A stretch of DNA of 64,000 bases from Betaproteobacteria bacterium Ga0077526 (GCA_001464765.1 LNDV01000025.1:247679-311678), one strand, 5' to 3'; counted from the first letter of the stretch, positions 19,930 through 29,856 are shown. The notes: generated by a model from the sequence alone, not told the origin. Program-made: numbers and translations.

Positions 19930-20103
19930 CTACTCGCCGGCTCGCGCCGCGTATCGCCGCCGCAGGATGGTGGGGACGTCGAAATCCACCGGACCGCGAT
20001 GCCAGTGGCGCCGCAACGTACGGGTGAGTTCGGGCGAGGGGTTGGAAAGCGTAGCGGCGACGCGACGCGCGCGGGTGCTGCGGACCTGATCGAAAGGACG
20101 CAT
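19930..20103 (-). CDS. Small basic hypothetical protein (57 aa) downstream of the WYL regulator
   Basis: ATG preceded by GGAGG 6 nt upstream. Sequence MRPFDQVRSTRARRVAATLSNPSPELTRTLRRHWHRGPVDFDVPTILRRRYAARAGE. No recognisable domain. Confidence 0.4.
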   Translation of the reverse strand: MRPFDQVRSTRARRVAATLSNPSPELTRTLRRHWHRGPVDFDVPTILRRRYAARAGE

Positions 20104-20149
20104 GGTGAGACCTCCTGCTGTCCCCCGCCTCTCGGGGGTTGAAGGGAGA

Positions 20150-21151
20150 CTACCGGTGGACAGGCTCAGGAGATGAGCCACCCGTCTGCGCAGGGTATCG
20201 ATCGAGCGCACGGCGCAGTTCCGCGGCCACGGCCTGCCGCAGGCCGGCAGGATTCAGGACTTCCACCTCCGCGCCGTGCTTGAGGATGTCCATGGCGAGT
20301 TCCCGCGCATCGCTGTAGGGCAGTGCGAGCACGTAGCTGCCGTCGTCCGCGAGGATCCCGCGCTGCTCCGGGTGCCAGATCTCGCGCGCCACCCAGCGCG
20401 CACGCTCGGGCGTGAAGCGCAGTTCCGCCCATTGCACGTCGGCGCCGGAGAAGATGCCGTAGCCGCTCGCCAGTTCACGGTCCATGTCAGTGTCCGGCAC
20501 GTCGCGGGCGGGCGCGTCCACGGTGAGGACCGACGTGATCGCATCCACCGAGAAACTGCGCAGACCGTCGCGCAGATGGCACCAGGCGTCGAGGTACCAG
20601 TTGTCGCGGTAGTACACGAGTCGCTGGGGCGACAGCTCGCGTTCCACCGTCGCGCCCGAGGCCCGGTTGAAATGGACCACGCGGACTCGACGCCGGTCCA
20701 GGAGCGCCTGGGCAAGGACACCGAACTGCGCCGAGGCGACGGGTCGCCGCGCCACGTGCAGCAGCCGGACGCGCTGACGGACTTCGGCCGCGGCATGGCC
20801 GTGGCTGCCCAGCAGCTTCTCCAGGCGTTCACCGATGGGCCCGAGGTGCGGATCGAGGACACCGGGGTCGATGCTGGCGAGCAGTTGATGCATGGTGAGG
20901 AGCGCGTGCGCCTCGGCCGCGGTGAACCATAGCCCCGGCAGTTCCTGCTCCGGATTGTTCGAGTCCAGCCGGTACCCGCCCGCGTCCCGGTCCCACACGA
21001 CCGGCACGCTCAGGCGGTCCCGGAGGTAGGCCATGTCGCGCTTGAAGGTGGCGCGCGATACCTCGAGGTCTTCGAGGAAGGTCTCGATCGGCACGAGGCG
21101 CCGCGACTGCAGCAGCCGCTTGATGCGATAGAAGCGTTCGGTCCGATCCAT
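20150..21151 (-). CDS. HTH-WYL domain transcriptional regulator (YafY/DriD-like)
   Basis: N-terminal HTH (MDRTERFYRIKRLLQSRRLVPIETFLEDLEVSRATFKRDMAYLRD), then a WYL core (YYRDNWYLDAWCHLRDGLRSFSVDAI), then a WCX-like C-terminus. Confidence 0.85.
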   Translation of the reverse strand: MDRTERFYRIKRLLQSRRLVPIETFLEDLEVSRATFKRDMAYLRDRLSVPVVWDRDAGGYRLDSNNPEQELPGLWFTAAEAHALLTMHQLLASIDPGVLDPHLGPIGERLEKLLGSHGHAAAEVRQRVRLLHVARRPVASAQFGVLAQALLDRRRVRVVHFNRASGATVERELSPQRLVYYRDNWYLDAWCHLRDGLRSFSVDAITSVLTVDAPARDVPDTDMDRELASGYGIFSGADVQWAELRFTPERARWVAREIWHPEQRGILADDGSYVLALPYSDARELAMDILKHGAEVEVLNPAGLRQAVAAELRRALDRYPAQTGGSSPEPVHR

Positions 21152-21256
21152 GGTGTTGGTCAGGGGGCCCGGAAGAGATCAGGGGGAACTTTGCCAGGTT
21201 GACACCCCTCCATGCTGGCATCATCATGCTTTACTGCAAAAGAGGGGTAGAACTTC

Positions 21257-21787
21257 ATGAATGCAATCGGTAAATGTCTCAAGCAAGCGACGTCTCTGGG
21301 CGTCGTCGCGACGATGGTGCTTCTGTCCGGATGCAATGCGCTCGGTGTCGGCGGCAGTTCCGGAAAGACCGCCCCCACACCGCCCGGGCAGGCCACGACC
21401 GCCGGCTCGGCCAACCCGAATTATCAGCCCGTTTCAGACATCCCCATCCCACCGTCCACGAAGATCAACACCGAGCGCTCGGTGATCCTCGGCAGCGCAG
21501 ACCGCTGGTTCGGCCGCATGGTCCTCGTGCTGGACCGTCCGTCCACCATGGCCTACGCTTACTACCTGGAACAGATGCCGCCCTTCGGCTGGGAACTGGT
21601 GTCTGCGGTCCAGGGAAAGGTCTCCACGCTGACCTTTACCCGCGGTGAGCGGGCTGCCACGGTGGAGATCACGGCGTCGGCACTGCGCGGTTCGGAAGCC
21701 ACGGTGACGATCAGCCCTCGGCCCGCGACGCCTCCCGCCGCACCGACGGTGAACCCCAATGCCGGGGCTGCCGCACCGAAGAAGTGA
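21257..21787 (+). CDS. Hypothetical lipoprotein
   Basis: Signal peptide with lipobox VLLSGC. No recognisable domain. Confidence 0.55.
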   Translation: MNAIGKCLKQATSLGVVATMVLLSGCNALGVGGSSGKTAPTPPGQATTAGSANPNYQPVSDIPIPPSTKINTERSVILGSADRWFGRMVLVLDRPSTMAYAYYLEQMPPFGWELVSAVQGKVSTLTFTRGERAATVEITASALRGSEATVTISPRPATPPAAPTVNPNAGAAAPKK

Positions 21788-21821
21788 GGCAGCCCGCGCT
21801 TTCTGCCACGGAGAGTACGCG

Positions 21822-22208
21822 ATGCCCATCGAGGGGATGAATCACTTCACCGTCCTGGCGAAGGATCTGGCGGCGACCCGCCACTTCTACGTCGACGTTC
21901 TGGGTCTGGAGGAAGGCCCGCGCCCGGATCTCGGTTTCCCGGGCGTCTGGCTCTACGTGGGCAAGCAGGCCGTGCTGCACGTCATCGCAGGCAGGCCCAT
22001 GCCAGCGGATCCCAAGGGCGTCCTCGATCACATGGCGTTCACAGCCACGGACCTCGCGTCCGTGGTCACACGCCTGAGGACCCATGGCATCAACTACGAT
22101 CTGCGGCGCCAGAACCAGTCCGGCACCTGGCAGTTGTTCTGTTTCGATCCGAGCGGAGCCCGGGTCGAACTCGACTTCAGCGCCGAGGAAGCGGCCCCGG
22201 CACCCTGA
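21822..22208 (+). CDS. VOC (glyoxalase/bleomycin resistance/dioxygenase) family protein
   Basis: MPIEGMNHFTVLAKDLAATRHFYVDVLGLEE is the typical VOC N-terminal beta-alpha-beta-beta-beta module. 128 aa. Confidence 0.75.
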   Translation: MPIEGMNHFTVLAKDLAATRHFYVDVLGLEEGPRPDLGFPGVWLYVGKQAVLHVIAGRPMPADPKGVLDHMAFTATDLASVVTRLRTHGINYDLRRQNQSGTWQLFCFDPSGARVELDFSAEEAAPAP

Positions 22209-22238
22209 CCCCGCCTCGCCTGCCTGCGGGACAGGAAC

Positions 22239-22574
22239 TCAAAGTTCGCTTTCCTTCAGGCAGGCGGCGTAGCCCTGGTCCCCGATCAGTTCGGCGGGCA
22301 TCCCGGTGCGCCCGGCCTGCGCTTCCCGCCCGATCAGTTCATAGGCACGGTCGATCGTGCGATTGACGAACTGGACTTCGTTCTCGGTCTCGTCGCCGTG
22401 CCAATGGATCGTGACCTGGTCGCGGGCCTTCCCCTGACTGTGGTGGTAGGCGGCCGCCGCATGCAGCCGGGCGACGTAGACGCACCGCTCCTCACGGGTC
22501 ATGGCCGTGATCCGATCGGCCAGAGCATCAGAACAGGGCAAGGCAAGCACGAGAAGGGTCAGGATTCGGCGCAT
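22239..22574 (-). CDS. Hypothetical secreted protein
   Basis: Signal peptide MRRILTLLVLALPCSDALA. No recognisable domain. Confidence 0.45.
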   Translation of the reverse strand: MRRILTLLVLALPCSDALADRITAMTREERCVYVARLHAAAAYHHSQGKARDQVTIHWHGDETENEVQFVNRTIDRAYELIGREAQAGRTGMPAELIGDQGYAACLKESEL

Positions 22575-22959
22575 GGGCACTCCAGAAAGGACCATCCGAC
22601 AGCCGGATGATGGCCAGAACTCTATGCCCGGGTCACCCCTCGCTCAAGCGGACAGCGGCGATTCGTCCAACCACAGGCGGGGTCGCTCCAAGGAGATATT
22701 CCGGCGCACGAAAACGGGCGCACGGGGGGTTGCATCTGCGATGCCCCGGAGGGGCCCGAAAATGCTCGTGGAGCGTATCTCTAGTACTTTTGTCAAGCAC
22801 ATGAGAGAAAGTTATCAAACGGGAACACTTGACTTTCAATGCGCTTCCCGAATCCCCTTGCAGCCACTGGGGGACGGCAGCAACTGCATGTTTTTATTAG
22901 TCAAAAGCACTGCGCAATTCTTGATCGTTCCAACCTAAGTATGCCGTGCGCAAGCGTTT

Positions 22960-23015
22960 TTTCGGGTTATCCGGGGGCTTGTGCACAGATTTATCCACAG
23001 ATCCTGTGGATGGTT
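22960..23015. promoter_or_regulatory. AT-rich intergenic region with DnaA-box-like motifs and a 17-bp perfect palindrome
   Basis: GGGTTATCCGGGGGCTTGTGCACAGATTTATCCACAGATCCTGTGGATGG contains TTATCCACA (a DnaA-box consensus), a flanking TTATCCGGG, and the palindrome TCCACAGATCCTGTGGA. Confidence 0.35.
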
Positions 23016-23048
23016 CGTGGCACTACCGTGACACGCTTCCGGACCGGA

Positions 23049-23459
23049 CTATTCGGGCCCGCAGTCGACTACGACGACATAGCCGACCCAGTTCCAGGTA
23101 GACGCCCGCATGGGGGTCACAGCGGAGTCGATTTCCCAGCCCTGTGTACCGCTCACGGGCCCGAGGATCGTCCGGCGACCCTGCCGGCACCTCGGCGGGC
23201 AGTCTTCGAGCTCGGATGCTGCCGCGCGCTCGTGGGCACGGGCGAGGCGGACGTCATAGGCCCTTTCAAACGCGCGCTGGGCGGCGACGACGGCATCATC
23301 GCCCAGGCCGTTGCCGGCCACCCATTCGAATATCAGACGCTCCTGAGGCGGGCAGCGCTCCACCGCGAGCATCAGCGGTTCTTCGTCACGTCCGCGACGC
23401 CGTGAAGACTTGCGGACCTCATCGTCCTCATCGGCTTTCCTGCCACCCTTCTTGCCCAT
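23049..23459 (-). CDS. Hypothetical protein (136 aa)
   Basis: ATG preceded by GGAGGTACC. Sequence MGKKGGRKADEDDEVRKSSRRRGRDEEPLMLAVERCPPQERLIFEWVAGNGL... with no recognisable domain. Confidence 0.45.
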   Translation of the reverse strand: MGKKGGRKADEDDEVRKSSRRRGRDEEPLMLAVERCPPQERLIFEWVAGNGLGDDAVVAAQRAFERAYDVRLARAHERAAASELEDCPPRCRQGRRTILGPVSGTQGWEIDSAVTPMRASTWNWVGYVVVVDCGPE

Positions 23460-23526
23460 GGGGTACCTCCTGTTCGCGCACTCTCCAGGCAATCTACCGG
23501 AGCCAAGTCGCGACCGTCTATCACAG

Positions 23527-24744
23527 TCAGCGAACCGGCCCCCGAAGCGCCAGGACGTCTGCATGCAGCGCGTCGAGGTCCAGCCGATCCGGGGGCACCG
23601 GAGCACCGACCGCGAGACCGAGACGCGGCCGGAAGCCCTTGGGCACCCAACGCGCGAGACCCGCATATCGCCGACTGAAGATGCCGCCCCAGAGTCCGGA
23701 CAGCCCCATCGGGATGACCGGCGCCGGCGTCCGGGCGACGATGTCCTGCACCCCTCTGCGGAACCGCTGCAGTTCGCCGTCCCGGGTGATCGCGCCCTCC
23801 GGGAAGATCCCCACCAGTTCCCCGGCGGCGAGTGCCTCGGCCACGTCGTCGTAGGCCTTGCGCAGGGCGGCCGGATCCTCCCTCGCCGGCGCGATGGGGA
23901 TCGCTCGGGAGTGGCGGAAGATGTAACTCATCACGGGCACGCGGAAGATCCGGTGGTCCATCACGAAGCGGATCGGACGGGCGCAGGACCCCATGATGAT
24001 CACCGCATCGGCGAAGCTGACGTGATTGCAGGCGATCACGGCCGCACCTTCGTCCGGCACCTGCTCGAACCCGCGGCGATCCACCCGGAACAGGACACGC
24101 ACCAGCAGCCAGGCCAGGAAGCGCAGGAAGAACTCGGGGATGCGGAAGTAGATGTACCAGGCGACCAGCCCGTTCAGCAGGGCGAGCGCGACCCAGGCGA
24201 GCGGGGTTGGCACACCGCCGTTTCCCACCCCAAGACTCGCCGCCCAGGCGAAGGCCCCGAACACGCCACCGGCCGCCAGGGCAGCGACGACCCGCTGCGC
24301 GCGCGATGCCGTATTGCGCCGGTCGCGCACGAACCGGAACAGCGGCACGAGATACCACGCCAGAAACGCCCCGGAGCCACCGAACACCACCAGCCAGAAC
24401 ACCGACACCGCGCTGGCCGATGCGATGCCGGTCCACAGCGCAACGCCCGCGACGAAAGGCAGCGCGGCGAGCCCGACCGATCCGAACGGAATCAGCCCCA
24501 GCTCGTTGTGTCCGTGAGCCAGCGCGACCTCGAGGGCGTAGGCGACGATCCCACCGACGACAAGCGCACCGAGCAGAGCCGGAAATGCCGCCGGGCCACT
24601 TGCCAGCGCAAGCATGCCGAGGAACACGCCGTAGGCGACCGCCCAGCCCAGCCCGAGGATGGACAGGCCCAGAGGCTCGTCGTGAAAGAGCCCGTGGGCG
24701 AGTCCCGCCACGGGCCCGGAATCTCCGGGGCCGGTCATCGGCAC
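23527..24744 (-). CDS. Membrane-anchored lysophospholipid acyltransferase (PlsC domain) with an N-terminal polytopic domain
   Basis: The C-terminal half has the acyltransferase motifs IACNHVSFADAVI (HX4D) and GIFPEGAITR. The N-terminal ~200 aa are hydrophobic. Confidence 0.75.
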   Translation of the reverse strand: MPMTGPGDSGPVAGLAHGLFHDEPLGLSILGLGWAVAYGVFLGMLALASGPAAFPALLGALVVGGIVAYALEVALAHGHNELGLIPFGSVGLAALPFVAGVALWTGIASASAVSVFWLVVFGGSGAFLAWYLVPLFRFVRDRRNTASRAQRVVAALAAGGVFGAFAWAASLGVGNGGVPTPLAWVALALLNGLVAWYIYFRIPEFFLRFLAWLLVRVLFRVDRRGFEQVPDEGAAVIACNHVSFADAVIIMGSCARPIRFVMDHRIFRVPVMSYIFRHSRAIPIAPAREDPAALRKAYDDVAEALAAGELVGIFPEGAITRDGELQRFRRGVQDIVARTPAPVIPMGLSGLWGGIFSRRYAGLARWVPKGFRPRLGLAVGAPVPPDRLDLDALHADVLALRGPVR

Positions 24745-24793
24745 CGGCCTGGATCACCGGCGCCAGGAATGGACCCGGCACCGGACAGCGACA

Positions 24794-25099
24794 TCACTTG
24801 GAGAGGCATTCGCTCATGAACTTCTTGCGGTCGGCGCCCTTCAACGCCTTCGTCTTGGCGTCGGCGTTGCAGGTCTTCATCTTTTCCTGCTGTGCCGTGA
24901 GGTCCTTCTTGACCTCTTCCTTCGCCGCGCTCAGGCACTCCTTCATGAACGTCTTGCGCGCATCGCCTTCGAGCGCCTTGGTCTTGGCGTCGGCGTTGCA
25001 CTCCTTCATCTTGTTCTGCTGCTCGTTCGCGGCGTGGACGGGCATGCAGGCCAGGATCGCCAGGGCGGCGACGGCGGACAACTTTGCAACGATGTTCAT
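24794..25099 (-). CDS. psiF: PsiF repeat protein (phosphate-starvation-inducible PsiF family), periplasmic
   Basis: MNIVAKLSAVAALAILACMPVHA signal peptide, then two KECNADAKTKALxGxxRKxFMxECLS repeats. GAGGGAAGC SD upstream. Confidence 0.8.
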   Translation of the reverse strand: MNIVAKLSAVAALAILACMPVHAANEQQNKMKECNADAKTKALEGDARKTFMKECLSAAKEEVKKDLTAQQEKMKTCNADAKTKALKGADRKKFMSECLSK

Positions 25100-25299
25100 G
25101 AGCTTCCCTCTTGCTGTTGACGACTGGTGAAGTGATCGGCGTCTTGCGCGGCCGGTCGGCCCCTGGAGTGCTCCCGGAGAGCATCCACGCCGACGGGGCG
25201 GAGTTTCGCACCAAACCGCTGTCCGGGGCATCGGCCCCGGAACTTTCCCTGGCCGGGGCGTCTCTGACCGGGCGTCTCCCTCCGAGGAAATCCTCTGCC

Positions 25300-25845
25300 A
25301 TGATCCTGCGCTTTCTGCCCGCGCTGCTGCTAGCCGCCGCCATCGTTCCTGCCGACGCTTCCGCTGCCGGCTGCCCGCCCCTGCTCAACCACAAGCTGAA
25401 GACCCTCGACGGCAAGCCGCTCGACCTCTGCCAGTTCGAGAACCGGCCCATCCTCGTGGTCAACACCGCGAGCAAGTGCGGCTTCACCCCCCAGTTCGAA
25501 AAGCTGGAGGGCCTCTACCGTCAATACAAGGACAAGGGTCTGGTGGTGGTGGGATTCCCCTCCAACGACTTCCGTCAGGAACTCGCGACCAATCAGGAAG
25601 TGGGAGAGTTCTGCCGCATGACCTACGGCGTGCAGTTCCCGATGGCCGAGAAGACGTCCGTCACGGGCGAAGGCGCCAGCGCCTTCTACAAGCAGCTCGC
25701 GGCCGCCACGCAGGAAGCGCCGCGCTGGAACTTCCACAAGTACCTCATCGCACCGGACGGTCGCACGGTCTACAGCTTCCAGACCCAAGTGGAGCCCGAC
25801 TCTCCGCAAGTGATGGGCAAGTTGCAGGGCATGCTCGCGAAGTAG
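25300..25845 (+). CDS. Glutathione peroxidase (periplasmic/secreted form)
   Basis: Signal peptide, then LVVNTASKCGFTPQ (active-site Cys), FPSNDF and WNFHKYLI motifs. Confidence 0.9.
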   Translation: MILRFLPALLLAAAIVPADASAAGCPPLLNHKLKTLDGKPLDLCQFENRPILVVNTASKCGFTPQFEKLEGLYRQYKDKGLVVVGFPSNDFRQELATNQEVGEFCRMTYGVQFPMAEKTSVTGEGASAFYKQLAAATQEAPRWNFHKYLIAPDGRTVYSFQTQVEPDSPQVMGKLQGMLAK

Positions 25846-25978
25846 CCTCGCAGGCACTCTTCACCTCGACGCCCCGCCCCAATCTGGGCGGGGCGTTTTG
25901 TTTTTCGGCGCTGCTTCGGTAACCTCGGGGCCGGCACAGCCATGCCGGCTGCATGCCGCAGGGGAAAAGCGGGACTGG

Positions 25979-28900
25979 ATGCACGGTCGCATCATTCATC
26001 CAGTCAGACCTTCCCCAGACTTCCTTACCGGAGCGTCCTATCCCGTGCCTCTGCTCGACCGGGTTCTGAAGCTGCGCGCGCAGAAGGCTGCCGCGCCGGA
26101 CGCCTCGCCGCGACCACCTCGACGCCGTCTCCGCAAAATCCTCATCGGGGTCGCGGTGGCGTTCGTCGCGCTCATCGCGTTCGGATTCTTTGCCGCACCG
26201 CCGATACTTCACTCGCTGCTGACATCCCGGCTGTCCGAGGAACTCGGCCGCAAGGTCACCGTCGGCGACATCCGCATCAACCCGTTCGCGCTGACGCTCG
26301 AGATACACGATTTCGTCATCCACGAACCCGGATCGACGCAACGGTTCGTTGCGTTCCAGCGCCTGAAGGTGGACGTCGACGCCGAATCGATCTACCGCCG
26401 TGCGCCAGTTCTGTCCGAGGTGACGCTCGAGAAGCCGTACGTCAACGTGGTGCTCCTCGCGCGAAACCGGCTCAACTTCACCGACCTCATCGAGAAATTC
26501 AGCAAGGACAAGAAGCCCGACGAGCAACCGGCGCGCTTCTCGGTGAACAACATCCGGATCCTTGGGGGCGAGGTCGACGTGGACGACCGGCCGCGCAAGA
26601 CGAAGCATCAGGTGCGCGAGCTGGCGCTCGCCGTGCCGTTCGTCTCGAACCTGCCCTACCACGGCAACATCTTCGTGCAGCCGGCGTTCGGCGCGAGCGT
26701 GAACGGCACCCGCTTCGACGTGAAAGGCAAGTCGAAGCCGTTCAGTGAGGCACGCGAGACCGACCTGGAACTCTCGCTGAAGGACCTCGACCTGCCCTAC
26801 TACCTGCGCTACCTGCCTATGACGCTGCCGTACCGCATCGCCTCCGCGCGGCTCGATCTGGATGCCACCATCGGCTTCGCGCAGCCAGCAGGCAAACCGT
26901 CGCGGCTCACGGTCACGGCATCGACTGCGCTACGCGCCGTGCGGGTCATCGCGTCCACCGACGCGCCCCTGGTCTCGTTTGAACGCCTGGACGTCCGGAC
27001 CAAGCCCATCGACGTATTCGGCGACGTCATCGCCGTCGCGTCGGTCAAGCTCGCCGGCGCCGACGTGAACGCGATACGGCAGGCGGACGGCGTCCTGAAC
27101 CTCGCCATCCTCGGGGCGACCGGCGCCTCGACTTCCCAGGAGGAGCAACCACCGGAGCCGAAGCCGGCCGGCGACGCAAAGCCCAAGACGATCACGGTGG
27201 ACAAGATCGAGCTGAGTGCCGCACGCATCCGCTTCCAGGACGACATGGTGCAGCCGGCGTTCCAGACTGTCATCGCACCGCTCGACGTCGTTGTCGAAGG
27301 CATCTCCACCGCCGCCGGGGCGCAACCCGCGCACTTGCTCCTCACGGCCACCACCGACGCGCAGGAATCGCTTCGCATCGAGGGCACGGCGAGCGTCGCG
27401 GGCAAGAGTGCGTCAATCGACGCTTCGCTCTCGCAGGTGCCGATTCCCCGCTACGCGGCGTACTACCGGAACGCCATCGCTTTCGACATCGGCTCGGGCA
27501 CGCTGTCGCTATCTGCGCATGCGGACGTGGCTGCGCCGCCGGAAGGTCTCTCGCTGCTGCTGTCGAAGGGCACGCTCGATCTCGCTGCCCTTCGGCTGCG
27601 CAAGGCGGGCGAGCCCGCTGACTTCCTTTCGCTCGCGCAATTCTCGGTGAAGGACACCTCCCTCGACCTGGCGCAGCAGCGCGTCACCGTGGGCGACATC
27701 CTCGCGGACAAGCTCGACGTGCGCGCGCGTCGTGCGAAGAACGGCGTGGTGAACCTGGCCACGCTCACGCCTTCGAAGCCCGCCGAGGCCAAGCCGGCAC
27801 CCGCCCCGGACGCCGCGCCGGCCAAACCGTGGGTGATAACGCTCGCGCATGTGCTTGTCGACCGGAGCCTGATCGAGTTCCAGGACGCCGTGCCCGCGAC
27901 GCCGGTCACGCTCTCGCTGAGCCCCACGCGGGTGGAAGTGTCCGATCTCGTTCTAGGCGCGCCGGGTACCGCCAGGCTCGCGCTCAAGACACTGCTGAAC
28001 GGCAAGGGCAGCTTCGACGCCTCCGGGACCTTCGCGATCGACCCGGTGGCGCTGGACCTGAAGACCCGCATCGCGAACCTCGACATCCCCACCTTCCAGC
28101 CCTACTTCGCGGATCGTCTCAATGTCACCCTGGCCGGTGCACGCGTCGGCGCCGACGGGCGACTCGGCGTGCGCCTGCCTGCGGGCAAGCCCGCGCTGAT
28201 CTCCTACGAGGGCGACGCCGGCATCTCGAAGTTCGCGTCCACCGACAATCGCACCGGCGAAGACCTGCTGCAGTGGGAGTCGCTCTACTTCAAGGGCGTG
28301 CGCGCGAAGAGCGAGCCCTTCGCACTCGCCATCCGGGAGGTCTCGCTCACGGACTTCCGGTCCCGACTGCAGGTCAATGCCGACGGCACGCTCAACGTAC
28401 AGGGTCTGGTCGCGCAGGACCCGAACGCCGCGCCGGCGGAATCGCCGGACGCGCCTGCGAAGCCCGGCAACCCGTCGGAGACCAAGGCGGCAGACGCGAG
28501 CCCCGTGCCGCGGTCCATCACCATCGACCAGGTCACGCTCCAGGGCGGCACCGTGCTCTTCAGCGACAAGCTCGTGAAGCCCAACGTGAGCGCGACGCTC
28601 ACCGAGATCGGCGGACGGGTCACGGGCCTGCTGGCCGATCCGTCGACGAAGGCCGACGTGGACCTGCGCGGGCGGCTCTCCAACCAGGCCCCGCTGGAAA
28701 TCACCGGCAAGGTGAACCCGCTCTCCGGCGACTTGTACGCCGATCTGAAGGTGAGCTTCCGGGATATCGAACTACCGCCGTTCACGCCCTACTCCGGCAA
28801 GTATGCCGGCTACACCATCGAGAAGGGCAAGCTCACGCTCGATCTGCGCTACCTCATCGAGAAACGGAAGATCACCGCCGAGAACAAGGTGTTCATCGAC

Positions 28901-29710
28901 CAGTTCACCTTCGGGGAGAAGGTGGAGAGCGCCGACGCCGTGAACCTGCCGGTGCAGCTGGCCGTGTCGCTCCTCAAGGACCGCGACGGACGCATCAATC
29001 TCGACGTGCCCGTATCGGGCTCGCTGGACGACCCCAAATTCAAGCTGGGGCGGGTGATCTGGCAGATCATCGTGAACTTGTTCACCAAGGCCGTGACAGC
29101 GCCCTTTGCCCTGCTGGGGTCCCTCATGGGCGGCAGCGGCGAGGAGCTGTCGTACCTGGAGTTCGCCCAGGGCTCGAGCACGCCGGACGACGCCGGCAAC
29201 GCCAAGCTCGCCCAGCTCGCCAAGGCCCTGACGGACCGACCGGCCCTCGGCCTCGAAGTCACGGGGCGTGTCGATCCGGAGACCGATCGGGAGGCCCTGC
29301 GCCAGATTGCCTTCGAGAACAAGCTGAGGGCCCAGAAGTTCGCCGCACTGAGCCGCGAGGGCCAGGCGCCGGCCTCCGTCGAGGCGACGGTCTACACGCC
29401 GGACGAAGTCGAGGGCCTCCTCCGCAAGGCCTACAAACAGGAGAAGTTTCCGAAGCCCCGCAACGCCATCGGCCTGGAGAAGTCCCTCCCCGCGTCCGAG
29501 ATGGAGAAGCTGATCCTGACCAGCATCGTGGTCGGTCCGGACGATCTGCGCCAGCTGGGTCTCCAGCGCGCCCAGAGCATCAAGGACACCCTCGTGACCC
29601 GCCACGGCATCGCGTCGGAACGAGTCTTCCTCGTCGAGGCCCGTACGGAACCCGGCGGCTCCGGCAAGGACAAAGGCAGACCGAGCCGCGCGGACTTCGT
29701 GATCCGCTGA
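25979..29710 (+). CDS. Large AsmA-family / DUF748-type protein (1244 aa), single N-terminal TM anchor
   Basis: N-terminal TM (ILIGVAVAFVALIAFGFFAAPPIL), then a long beta-rich region with repeated GxxDLxxxxV modules typical of AsmA/TamB-like proteins, and a distinct C-terminal domain. The start is uncertain. Confidence 0.7.
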   Translation: MHGRIIHPVRPSPDFLTGASYPVPLLDRVLKLRAQKAAAPDASPRPPRRRLRKILIGVAVAFVALIAFGFFAAPPILHSLLTSRLSEELGRKVTVGDIRINPFALTLEIHDFVIHEPGSTQRFVAFQRLKVDVDAESIYRRAPVLSEVTLEKPYVNVVLLARNRLNFTDLIEKFSKDKKPDEQPARFSVNNIRILGGEVDVDDRPRKTKHQVRELALAVPFVSNLPYHGNIFVQPAFGASVNGTRFDVKGKSKPFSEARETDLELSLKDLDLPYYLRYLPMTLPYRIASARLDLDATIGFAQPAGKPSRLTVTASTALRAVRVIASTDAPLVSFERLDVRTKPIDVFGDVIAVASVKLAGADVNAIRQADGVLNLAILGATGASTSQEEQPPEPKPAGDAKPKTITVDKIELSAARIRFQDDMVQPAFQTVIAPLDVVVEGISTAAGAQPAHLLLTATTDAQESLRIEGTASVAGKSASIDASLSQVPIPRYAAYYRNAIAFDIGSGTLSLSAHADVAAPPEGLSLLLSKGTLDLAALRLRKAGEPADFLSLAQFSVKDTSLDLAQQRVTVGDILADKLDVRARRAKNGVVNLATLTPSKPAEAKPAPAPDAAPAKPWVITLAHVLVDRSLIEFQDAVPATPVTLSLSPTRVEVSDLVLGAPGTARLALKTLLNGKGSFDASGTFAIDPVALDLKTRIANLDIPTFQPYFADRLNVTLAGARVGADGRLGVRLPAGKPALISYEGDAGISKFASTDNRTGEDLLQWESLYFKGVRAKSEPFALAIREVSLTDFRSRLQVNADGTLNVQGLVAQDPNAAPAESPDAPAKPGNPSETKAADASPVPRSITIDQVTLQGGTVLFSDKLVKPNVSATLTEIGGRVTGLLADPSTKADVDLRGRLSNQAPLEITGKVNPLSGDLYADLKVSFRDIELPPFTPYSGKYAGYTIEKGKLTLDLRYLIEKRKITAENKVFIDQFTFGEKVESADAVNLPVQLAVSLLKDRDGRINLDVPVSGSLDDPKFKLGRVIWQIIVNLFTKAVTAPFALLGSLMGGSGEELSYLEFAQGSSTPDDAGNAKLAQLAKALTDRPALGLEVTGRVDPETDREALRQIAFENKLRAQKFAALSREGQAPASVEATVYTPDEVEGLLRKAYKQEKFPKPRNAIGLEKSLPASEMEKLILTSIVVGPDDLRQLGLQRAQSIKDTLVTRHGIASERVFLVEARTEPGGSGKDKGRPSRADFVIR

Positions 29711-29856
29711 TCAACGAGTGCGTCGCGTCATCGGCCTGTGGCTATAATCGGCTCGCGGTGAGGGAGGCCAGTCGGTTCTCTTCCGCCCGATCCGGGACAC
29801 GCCATCGTCAACCTCAACTCTCGCCATGGCGAGGTTCACGAAGCTGGGAGCACATC

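Noticed and set aside
22596-23048. AT-rich region considered as a chromosomal origin (oriC)
   Set aside because: It has only one or two good DnaA boxes, no DUE-like 13-mers were recognised, and no dnaA/dnaN neighbourhood exists. It is reported only as a regulatory-motif observation.
25942-26748. 268-aa ORF in an alternative frame of the AsmA-like gene (similarly 27829..30000 as a 723-aa ORF)
   Set aside because: Out-of-frame overlaps of a well-supported 1244-aa gene. The composition is Arg/Pro-rich.
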